NCBI GenBank assembly: GCA_044892525.1
Contig: CM097887.1
Span: 87,088,397-87,152,396, forward strand
Direction of reading: 5' to 3'
From: Schmidtea polychroa
Lineage: Eukaryota
Length of the DNA: 64,000 nt
Both the position numbers and the translations under genes were made by a program. Shown piece after piece: positions 19,241-28,010 of the stretch. A model generated the notes under the pieces. That model saw nothing but the letters and a program-made list of their open reading frames with translations, had not been told where the DNA came from and did no database searches. Within the stretch, counting starts at the first letter, position 1. Every line of letters starts with the position of its first letter.

Positions 19241-19939
19241 ATGAAAATCGAGGAAATGATAGAAATTATGAGCGACGTAGAAGAGGGAGAGATTGAGGCA
19301 GAAACAACAGAAACACAAACGATAAAGGCCGAGTTACGGGAAGAGAAATACGAAAACGGGAGATTAATAAACAAATACCTGGAGGACCGGAAAATGATAA
19401 AGGTGTTAAAGAAAGAGTGCGAAGCGTTGGGGGAAATAAAAAGAGAAACGGAAGAGGAAAATGAATGGCTACACGAACAAAGGAAGCGAGGGAAAAACTG
19501 GGAAAAGATAGCGGAAGAACTATGGAAAGAGAGGGCAAGCTTCAAAGCAAAGGAGGTAATCCAAGACTACTGGAAAACTGAGGCGAAGGAGCGCCAAACA
19601 GCTATAAATAAATTAAAACGACAACTAGAAGAAAACCAACGGGAAAGTAAAGAAATGAGGAAGTGGGTCCGCAAATATAGAGAAATAGAAAGAAAACATC
19701 AACAACAAAATTACCTGCAAGAAAACGAACAAGATCTCCTACAAATCGAGCTAAAAAGAAACCTTGAAAAGAAAAGGGAAGAAATTAGACGCTTGGAAAA
19801 AGAAATTAGACATCTAAAGAGAGAAGCCCGTGAAAAAGACCGACAATTGGAAATGCTGCCCGAGTTAAGACACAGGGTAATTAAAGCAGAGTCCACCTTG
19901 ATGAGAATCGGCGAAAATAATCCAAATCAGAACCATTAA
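19241..19939 (+). CDS. Accessory ORF5, coiled-coil protein of unknown function
   Basis: Intact ORF (track start 19187). The ATG at 19241 follows an acceptor-like TATTATAG. Heptad-rich. Confidence 0.7.
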   Translation: MKIEEMIEIMSDVEEGEIEAETTETQTIKAELREEKYENGRLINKYLEDRKMIKVLKKECEALGEIKRETEEENEWLHEQRKRGKNWEKIAEELWKERASFKAKEVIQDYWKTEAKERQTAINKLKRQLEENQRESKEMRKWVRKYREIERKHQQQNYLQENEQDLLQIELKRNLEKKREEIRRLEKEIRHLKREAREKDRQLEMLPELRHRVIKAESTLMRIGENNPNQNH

Positions 19940-19994
19940 ATTAAGGGTCATTAAAACCAATTGTAAATAAACATAATGAATGTATAATAGTATC

Positions 19995-20648
19995 ATGCGA
20001 GGCGAGATGATGATAACAATGATGGTATTGATGATTCTGATGGAGAGCAAACAAATAGACGCCCAACCGAAAATCGTACGAGATTACCGAAATCAAAATC
20101 AAGAACCTAAACAAGAATCCGGTCAATGCACATACCCGATGACCGTAAAAACCCATATCATCCAAACCATTCAATCAACCCGATCACACATCAACAACAT
20201 CCAAACAATGTGTAAAAAGAATCCCATTTGTAAAATGATAAACAAACAAATCCTCGAACAAATTCAACAATTCGACCAGTTGGAACAACAAATGCAACAA
20301 GAGAATTTTGGAAATCTGGTAGAAAAGCCAAAAACACCTCCCGAAATCAATGACACCCACTATCTCATATATGTGGTGATCGCAGAGACCCTCCTCCTAT
20401 GTCTACCAATATTCATGAAAATTTACGAAGTTCGAAATAGATGTAGAATCTCGACATCAATAAGAGTAACCTCGAACCAAAATCCTCAAGAAGTGCCCCT
20501 GACAAATCTTAACCCAACCCCATTCCGACCTCGAACCCCGAGTAATCAACCAATCCAGCCGAAATCTAATAGTCAGACCTATCTCAACATCAATACCCAA
20601 ACCAACCAACAGCCGCCAGCAGAAGCATCAATGGTTAACAATTCATAA
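19995..20648 (+). CDS. Accessory ORF6, putative type-I membrane protein
   Basis: Met-rich signal-like MMITMMVLMILMESKQIDAQ, short Cys-containing ectodomain, TM YLIYVVIAETLLLCLPIFM, and P/Q/N-rich tail. Confidence 0.65.
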   Translation: MRGEMMITMMVLMILMESKQIDAQPKIVRDYRNQNQEPKQESGQCTYPMTVKTHIIQTIQSTRSHINNIQTMCKKNPICKMINKQILEQIQQFDQLEQQMQQENFGNLVEKPKTPPEINDTHYLIYVVIAETLLLCLPIFMKIYEVRNRCRISTSIRVTSNQNPQEVPLTNLNPTPFRPRTPSNQPIQPKSNSQTYLNINTQTNQQPPAEASMVNNS

Positions 20649-20873
20649 ACTCTAATTCAAACATTTGTGTTATTATATGTGGAAACTTTTATTGTATGTA
20701 CCAACTATCACCTTAAGTGATACTTGCTTGGTCTTGCTTTGACCTTGATCTTACAATAAAATTTTTATCATTGTTGTATAATTTTCCGTGTTCGTGTTAT
20801 ATTTTTTTTGAATGAATGAATTAAGTTAATTATGCAATTGCGGGACGCAATTTTGATGGGTCCCCGAGTGATT

Positions 20874-21503
20874 TGTTGGGCTGAGTCGAAAATTTAATCG
20901 TTGAAAAATAAGAAAGTAGGGAAGTAGAACATTAAGAAAAATAAAAATAAAATAAATAAAATCAGAAATAAAATAGAATAAGATATAAGGAAAATAATAA
21001 TTAAGACATAAGAATTAAAACAAAAAATAAAATTAAGAAAAGATTAAAATAGAACAAGTTGACAAAGAAATAAAGAGGAATTCAAGAAATAATAAGGAAA
21101 TTAAGGAAATAAATAGAAAAACATATTAAAAATAAAGAAAATAAGGAAAAAACAACCTAAAAACAAGAAAATTATATTAAATTAATAGAAATAAGCGGTA
21201 CTCAACTCTGATTGGTCCGCACAAATAAGAATTTGATATATATACAACTACCAAAAACATTAAATTTACTGTTAACCCCGAGCATTTCATAGGTAAGAAA
21301 GAATGTTTACTGTTTTTACTGTTAACCCCGAGCATTTCATAGGATCGACACTACTAGCCAAGCAACCGTCATTCAGAAAACTCCACAACTATTCAAAACC
21401 AGTTCAGAGACCGAAATACCATTCATCACAATAATCGACATCCAACGGACCACCATTAGAACTATTTGGAACGAACAACATTGAATTTTGACTCAGCCTA
21501 ACA
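20874..21503 (+). repeat. Putative 3' LTR (630 bp) of the giant element
   Basis: Starts TGTTGGGCTGAGTCGAAAATT and ends AATTTTGACTCAGCCTAACA (~20-bp imperfect terminal inverted repeat, TG...CA). It lies ~225 bp after the last ORF and after a TTGCG-GGA-CGCAA hairpin of the kind often seen before gypsy PPTs. The partner LTR is not visible. Confidence 0.7.
21205..21300 (+). promoter_or_regulatory. Candidate LTR promoter and splice donor
   Basis: Reverse CCAAT box (ATTGG 21211-21215), TATATATA 21237-21244, then a 29-bp direct repeat (21265-21293, 21315-21343) whose first copy ends in AG|GTAAGA (donor GT at 21293). Confidence 0.5.
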
Positions 21504-23392
21504 ATAGTAAGGGGTATTTCATTTGTTTATAGATTTATTTAAGTATTTGCAAAGCTAATAACAATGTTAAATATTAACGATTAAACATTTTAGTTAACTC
21601 TCTTCATTTGATTCTCCATTTTAATAACTTTAACGTATTGATGGAATTTGTATTATTTAAGTATTTCAGAATCAATAAAATATTTTTATCCAGATGTCCG
21701 TATTTTATTTGAATTAAAGATTTTATGAATTTTCATTTAACGAGTAACGTGGAGTTGAGATACTCCATGTCATGGTATGAGGTGCCTTCGGGAGCTCAGC
21801 CGGTGGACATGGAGTATTTCAATCGCGCAGCTAGATTGGGCCGAAATGTGAAGGCTTCTTCACGGGTCCTATCGCTGAAGATGCGACTAAATTATCACAA
21901 TGGGGTATGGATAAAAGAATAACCGGTAGACAATGATTTCACAAAGATAGTCATACGAATGAAGTGATTTTCAAGGATTTGCACAGTGATTGAGGGCGTC
22001 GCATTCTTCTTTCATTCAGTCGTTTTCGTAGGTCTTACCCCTATTGGAAAAAGAGATCCAGACAACGATTTAGTGAACTTCGTCAAAAATAACAATATCT
22101 CATAGTACGCTTCATCTGGAAACATGGTTTTATCAAATTAATTGCGACAACGTCTATTTGCCGGACTCAGTAGAACTAAATTCGTATGAAATTCCATTAT
22201 CATAGACCCAATGTCATCTAACCTGTCCAGATTGTATGTCAGGTTACGAAAGTATTCTAAAAACTTTAACTAACTCGAAACTATAAAATGCGAGATTCTA
22301 CGAAAACCTCTCTAGTATTATAATCAGAAAGTTTTTATAGACTTAGTTATTTCAAAAATTATAAACAGGTAAAATATCACCAAATTTAATTAATAACATT
22401 TATTTCTACAATAAGAGCCAGGTCATCACTGTATATATCCAAATTATTGAACCTGAGAGAAAAGGACAGGTTTCATCGAGACGGCATTACATCTGAATAG
22501 GAAAATCCGAGTAGAATGACGAGAGTAGTAATATGCTCCAGTATTTGGTAGAATTATTCCCTCGACGATCACTGAAAAGATCCAATAAATTTCCAAACGA
22601 TGGTGATCATTCACACAAGTTGATAAGGGTAAAATTCCGCGATGAGAACTGGCGGTAGCATAAATCATAACTCAAATAAATCACTGTGCAGAGAAAATCA
22701 TACGACAGCAGGATCGATAAAATCACCGTGAAAATGGCATACACCAAGTGAGTGAGATAAGATAGTAGCCATACACGAATCCATGTGGTGAGAGCACAGA
22801 ATATCAGACTAGCATACATAGTAGTCGCGACACGTGACATTCACAATAGGTCGATAATGTAATCAACCAGTCGACAGCAGTATCCGTAAATTTGGATATG
22901 TTATGACCGATGGGATTTTCCATGAGGGTGTTAAAGTAATGGCTGATGTAAACTCATCACATATTTTCAGACCAATGGTAGACAACATAGATAATCACAT
23001 TCACTACCGAATTAAAAGTGCACTTCCAATAACAAATTTCGAATCAAAAATATGTTGAGAGCGATAGTAATTTGTTTTTAATAAATTAAAATAGATAACA
23101 TATAGCAAGGTTTGGTCGCATACTATAATGTCCCTCTACTAAAGCATTATTATATTATTTCACCAATATTATATTTACACCCTATCAATTATTACGTCCC
23201 TCATGCATACAGTTAGATCAATAGATAGTCAAAGTTAATAACATGCGTCAAGCCGATGGCATTTGGTTAAATAAACTGTTTTAACAACTAAGATCCGTAG
23301 TAAAACCGGATTGTAGAATAAGTTTTCCTTCTTTTCGACGGTCAAGTATCCACGAATGGACGCGGGTCGTATCTAATTTATTCTAAAATCGT

Positions 23393-24181
23393 ATGTTCTC
23401 CATTTCATTAGTATTATTTATAGCAAGCATGCTACCAACCACTAAATCGGCATTACGGCCGTGCTTCTCGTGCGCGGATAAAAATACGGTGATAAAGGAC
23501 CTACAAACTCAGATTGGACGTTACAAGAGGAAGATAGACGAGCTGGAAGGGACATGGTTTAGTCCCGCTCGGATGAAAGAGATCCAAAAGAAGCTCGATC
23601 GTAGCGAGCATTGCCGGGACGCGCTAATATCTGAGAGCCGTGCCCAAAGAAGTCTAATCAGAGAACAATCCGAGGCACTGCATAAGGTTTACGTGCAGGC
23701 GGCTACAACCCGAAAAATCGTGCAGATTCCCATCCGAGAGGCCGATGACATCTTTCCGCCTCATCACAACCTTTCCTCGAATCCATCTCCACCGTTCAAG
23801 AGACAGTGCCGAGACTGCGTCGAAACCGAATTGTCCCCCAAGCGTCCAGATGTTGTCATCACGGGTACCAGTAAACCCCCCACTGCTAGTCCATCTGTAT
23901 CAGTCACCCTTCTGCAAGTGGCATCTTCAAGCAAACCCAAGCGCAAACAACTCTCTCGTGCAGAGCGCAAGAAGAGACAGCGCGAGCGCGCTACTGCAAA
24001 GCCAAACATTCCATCAATAGAGGACTCAACCAACGGTGGCAACTCTCACGTGTCCATCGACCTAACAACGGGACCCTCAGCGCGAATCATATCAGCCGCT
24101 GGCGTAAGGTGGGAAGAGAACGCTTCCGAGTTTTTCAACCTCGACGAATTATTCGCCGACACTGAATGGGAGAAACAATAA
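23393..24181 (+). CDS. Orphan ORF-B family member (coiled coil + TWFxP motif + basic tract), copy A, apparently intact
   Basis: 262-aa ORF. ELEGTWFSPARMKEIQKKL matches NFESTWFPPAEMQKRL / NFECTWFPPAEMKKKM at 60.5 and 62.1 kb; its C-terminal half matches the 57.2-57.5 kb ORF. AATAAA occurs at the stop and at ~24305. Confidence 0.6.
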   Translation: MFSISLVLFIASMLPTTKSALRPCFSCADKNTVIKDLQTQIGRYKRKIDELEGTWFSPARMKEIQKKLDRSEHCRDALISESRAQRSLIREQSEALHKVYVQAATTRKIVQIPIREADDIFPPHHNLSSNPSPPFKRQCRDCVETELSPKRPDVVITGTSKPPTASPSVSVTLLQVASSSKPKRKQLSRAERKKRQRERATAKPNIPSIEDSTNGGNSHVSIDLTTGPSARIISAAGVRWEENASEFFNLDELFADTEWEKQ

Positions 24182-24439
24182 AACCCCAGTGGCGGTCAGG
24201 ATGAGGAACAAGGATCCGATCTATGTTGATTATGATGTTTTCTCTTCTTTCGACAAACATTAGTAAAGTGTACAGCTGAATCCTTGTGTCATAACGTTGA
24301 AATTAATAAATCTTGTTGTCTTACACGTTTTCGTTCATGAATAATTAGACTTTAATTAAGTGGGTTGAGTAGAGAACCCGCAAGATCTAGTGAGAATTTC
24401 CCAATTTGCATTCAGCGAATCCTGATAGGTGGTTGTGTA

Positions 24440-24715
24440 AGGAAATGGACGTAAGCCCTTCTATCGGCAGTCGTGAATGGGAAGTCGAGGCCTCAGCAAG
24501 GAGTAGTTTTAAGGCAGAAGCTCACCTGCTTGCTGGCGTCTCGCCTGCATAGTGCAGTACCAACGTGAAGTGATTCACGGGCACTATGTTGGAAGAAAGT
24601 TATGTGGGGTTTCACTCCAGGTTGACAAATCGGTGGCACCTTTTATTCGAGATGGACAATCAACCCTTAGACCCGCCAACATGGTAGAATGGTCAGCCGA
24701 GGTGTGACCCCAACA
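24440..24715 (+). other. Conserved structured non-coding block, copy A
   Basis: Shares GGAC..GCCCTTCTATCGGCAGTC, GCAG..CTCACCTGC and CAGTACCAACGT with the other copies. Closes with stem GGGGTTTCAC/GTGTGACCCC followed by AACA. Confidence 0.55.
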
Positions 24716-24748
24716 GTAACAAGAATTTCAAATACATTGGATTCAGGT

Positions 24749-24985
24749 CAGTGGCGTAACTAGTGGACGCAGGACCCTGCGTTGCGGGGGCCCAAAATTA
24801 TTACTAAAAAAATATTTAAAACATTTTCTGAAACTTTTTTCCCGCAGTTATATTTGCCTACAAACATAAAACTATCATTGAATAGCGGCTGCTGTGAATA
24901 ACTATGTATTAAACTTTAACCGAAAAATTTAAGTGGAAATATTTTACATTGCGCTGGGGGCCCAAATTTTGAAGTCCCGCCACTG
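24749..24985. mobile_element. hAT-type MITE (237 bp)
   Basis: Ends CAGTGGCG...CGCCACTG; 8-bp TSD ATTCAGGT/ATTCTGGT; subterminal TTGCG..GGGGCCCAAA repeats. Confidence 0.85.
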
Positions 24986-25352
24986 ATTCTGGTTTCCGAA
25001 ATTTTCCAATGTCATCGAATATAATTTCAAAAGTATATCTATCATTTAACGCATAAATTATTCACAAACAAATAATTTATAATAAAAACTCTGGTCATTC
25101 AAATAAAAGTAACTGTTTCGACCGATTTTGGGCTCGCCTTTGTGCGCGCGTTTTTTGTAATTTTTATCGCATCTGTTTGTGCTTTGTTGATAAATGGTTT
25201 TTCATGTATGTGTACAGGTGCGGTCAATGCTTTTGTAAGGTAATTTGGATGGATTTTCTCGAACTTTAATTAAGTTTTTTAGAATTTTCGAGAATTTCAG
25301 ATTATATATGAATGTTTGTTTAAAACGGTTTTGTTTTGGAATTATTTTGAAT

Positions 25353-26160
25353 ATGGCAGAAAAAAAATTTAGCAATCCTGATAAAATATTGATGGCCGAG
25401 GAACGCTTTAAATCAAATCCATGGGAAGCATGGAATGTTTTATATAGAGATCCACAAAGTACATATATTGAAGAAGGTCAACCAATGTTTAAAAGATTAT
25501 TTCACCAGTTTCCCTTAACCGGTCAATATGTTTAAACGTTTGAAAATGTTGAAAAACTATTAAAATAATGTTTACCGTGAATTTATCACATGGATTTATG
25601 GAAATTTCGCTGGTCGCATGTGAAAGATAAAGATAACAATACTTCTAGTTTCAAAGAAAGAATGGCTCAAGCTTATGATTATGCAGTAGATAAAAAGAGT
25701 TAGGACTTAAAGACTTTTCCTATTTGGTCAGATTATATGAATTTCTTAAAATCAACTCAATTCGAACGTGAATATGCTGAAAGTCAAAAGACTATAGCCA
25801 CGCGTCGAATCTATCATCGGACTATTGTTACTCCATTTATTGGTATTGAGACAATTTGGAGAGATTATAATGCTTTCGGAACTTCTATTGATAGCGTCAT
25901 CGCTAAAAGATTTATCGAAGAGATGAGTCAGGATTATATGAACGCAAGGCGAGTTGCAGGAAAATTTAGAGCTGGAATTTCAAAAGATGGCCAAACTCGA
26001 GAACAGGCTTTGTTGGCTTATAAACTTAGATCAAGCAAATGAAAATTGATTTTAAAAAACTTGTTCGATATAATTCATTTTGATTTATTCAGTAACAAAT
26101 AGAGCAACGAATAAATAGCTTGATATGAAATTTTACTAAGACAACTAACAATGTAAGTAC
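25353..26160 (+). pseudogene. CSTF3: Decayed CstF-77 (CSTF3 / suppressor of forked) N-terminal HAT-repeat fragment
   Basis: EERFKSNPWEAWNVL..., FKERMAQAYDYAVDK, YAESQKTIATRRIYHR..IETIWRDYNAF..AKRFIEE.SQDYMNARRVA match CstF-77. It is broken by stops and frameshifts, with no obvious introns in the matched stretch. Confidence 0.85.
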
Positions 26161-26232
26161 TATAAAAAATTTTTATCTTCCTTTTAACATCAACATTTTG
26201 AATATTCAATCAATAAATGGTTACTTACCATC

Positions 26233-26772
26233 AGGGCCGTCTTAAGAAATTCGGCGCCCGTGGGCTACCAAAAATAATAAATAAGAAAATTCACAGAATA
26301 GCAAACAAATGCCGAGTGTTCGGAAAAGTTATCCAAGTGTCAGAACTAAGTAAAATCAATTTATTACCTATATACAAAACAAAAACACAAATTTGAATCA
26401 AATTAAATTAAAAAACCTTTAAGAACAAAAACAAACCTTAATGTAAACAAGAAACAAAAGTAACTTATATATTTATTTTCCTAGCTTTTTCTTTGGAAAA
26501 TTGATCAATAATATCCCTCGTATTTAAGTTATCAAGTAAATCTCTCTCAAATGATAAAATACTTAAATCATTGAATTTGCTCTGTCTCAAAGAAGATTGT
26601 AAATAATTTTATATTCTTTTTATTGCTGAAAATGATCTTTCGCTACTGCAGTTTTAGGCGATACTAAATAACTAATAATAACAAAAACATATACATCACA
26701 AATAAAAATTGCCGCCCCAAAAGGCTTGCGTCCTGTAGCTACAGCCCATTTAGCCCTGTAATTAGGGCGACC
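26233..26772 (-). mobile_element. Degenerate non-autonomous hAT element
   Basis: Left end CAGGGCCGTCTTAAG, degenerate right end. The minus strand at ~26500-26660 reads ERSFSAIKRI*NYLQSSLRQSKFNDLSILSFE, a hAT C-terminal dimerisation remnant. Confidence 0.65.
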
Positions 26773-26800
26773 TTAGATACCATTTGGTAAAATATTGTGA

Positions 26801-27163
26801 NNNNNNNNNNNNNNNNNNNNNNNNNNNNNNNNNNNNNNNNNNNNNNNNNNNNNNNNNNNNNNNNNNNNNNNNNNNNNNNNNNNNNNNNNNNNNNNNNNNN
26901 NNNNNNNNNNNNNNNNNNNNNNNNNNNNNNNNNNNNNNNNNNNNNNNNNNNNNNNNNNNNNNNNNNNNNNNNNNNNNNNNNNNNNNNNNNNNNNNNNNNN
27001 NNNNNNNNNNNNNNNNNNNNNNNNNNNNNNNNNNNNNNNNNNNNNNNNNNNNNNNNNNNNNNNNNNNNNNNNNNNNNNNNNNNNNNNNNNNNNNNNNNNN
27101 NNNNNNNNNNNNNNNNNNNNNNNNNNNNNNNNNNNNNNNNNNNNNNNNNNNNNNNNNNNNNNN
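26801..27163. other. Assembly gap (run of N)
   Basis: 363 consecutive N. Confidence 1.
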
Positions 27164-27583
27164 TCCGGTGCAACGGAAATTAGTGATCCGTCTAGAAAGT
27201 ACCGTAAAGTCTCATAGATAGCCTACACATGTGTATAACCGATACTGCGGGATGTTGAGGAAAATTAACTTTTTTCATTAGCTCTCATCCTCTAATTTTA
27301 GAAAAATATCATTTTTTCTTAACAAAACCCGCGGGTTAACTATGAGACTTTAGGGTATTTAGATATTTATTTCTTAGAAAATATTTAAATATTCAAATAC
27401 TTCAAGTAATAAATTATTTTTCAATGAGTTTGTAAATCAATATTCTTGAAACGGGATTGATTATGTTATAATTAGAAAAAATTATGGTATTTTAATAAGT
27501 TTAGTATTTAATGATTATACGTAAGGAATCTAAAAACGCCAAAATATAAGATTAATGTTAATGTAAATGAATCAGGAAGATAC

Positions 27584-27934
27584 CTTAGCTTTACAGTTGC
27601 AATTGAATGTCAGAACGTATTCTCCTTCCCTGGTTTCACTTTGTCGAACAAGGAACACTCCATTTAGGTCCCCTTCAAATGCTGGAACGCATATATTGTG
27701 ATTGCTATTATTGGTTGCTACTGTATTTAATCCTAAAACAAAATTCGCTGCTTCAACTCTAGAAAGAGTTCCGTGATACCAAAGATATTCGAAAAATTTA
27801 TCTGGACTAATCTCTGAAAAGTGAATAATTTTCTAAATTTTAATTTTTTTTTTAAACTTAACTATTCAATATCTGTGCGTTTGGTTCATACATCACAGTT
27901 GTTGCGTTGTTATTATTATTATTAGTATTATTAA

Positions 27935-28010
<76 letters not shown>

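Larger units (their letters stand above)
1..21503 (+). mobile_element. Giant Ty3/gypsy (Metaviridae) LTR retroelement, Burro-like, env-bearing, >21.5 kb; 5' LTR not in window
   Basis: 13.85-kb uninterrupted gag-pol ORF with gypsy domain order PR-RT-RH-IN, five co-oriented downstream ORFs with the same strongly A/purine-rich sense-strand bias, and a TG...CA bounded terminal repeat candidate at 20874-21503. Confidence 0.9.

Noticed and set aside
1796-20174. Dozens of short minus-strand and alternate-frame ORFs overlapping the polyprotein and accessory genes
   Set aside because: Shadow ORFs expected opposite an A-rich coding strand; low-complexity F/L/S/I composition and no recognisable domains.
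22480-22560. HSTR (HxxR) in a minus-strand ORF suggesting a tyrosine recombinase (DIRS/Crypton)
   Set aside because: No other YR catalytic motifs in register; a four-residue match is too weak.
20874-24715. Alternative 3.8-kb LTR (TGTTGGG...CCCAACA) including ORF-B
   Set aside because: Only a 7-bp terminal match, versus a ~20-bp inverted repeat closing at 21503. The 24.4-24.7 kb block also belongs to a family found elsewhere without the giant element. This cannot be fully excluded without the 5' LTR.
26739-27221. ORFs spanning 26.7-27.2 kb
   Set aside because: Artefacts of translating through the N gap.
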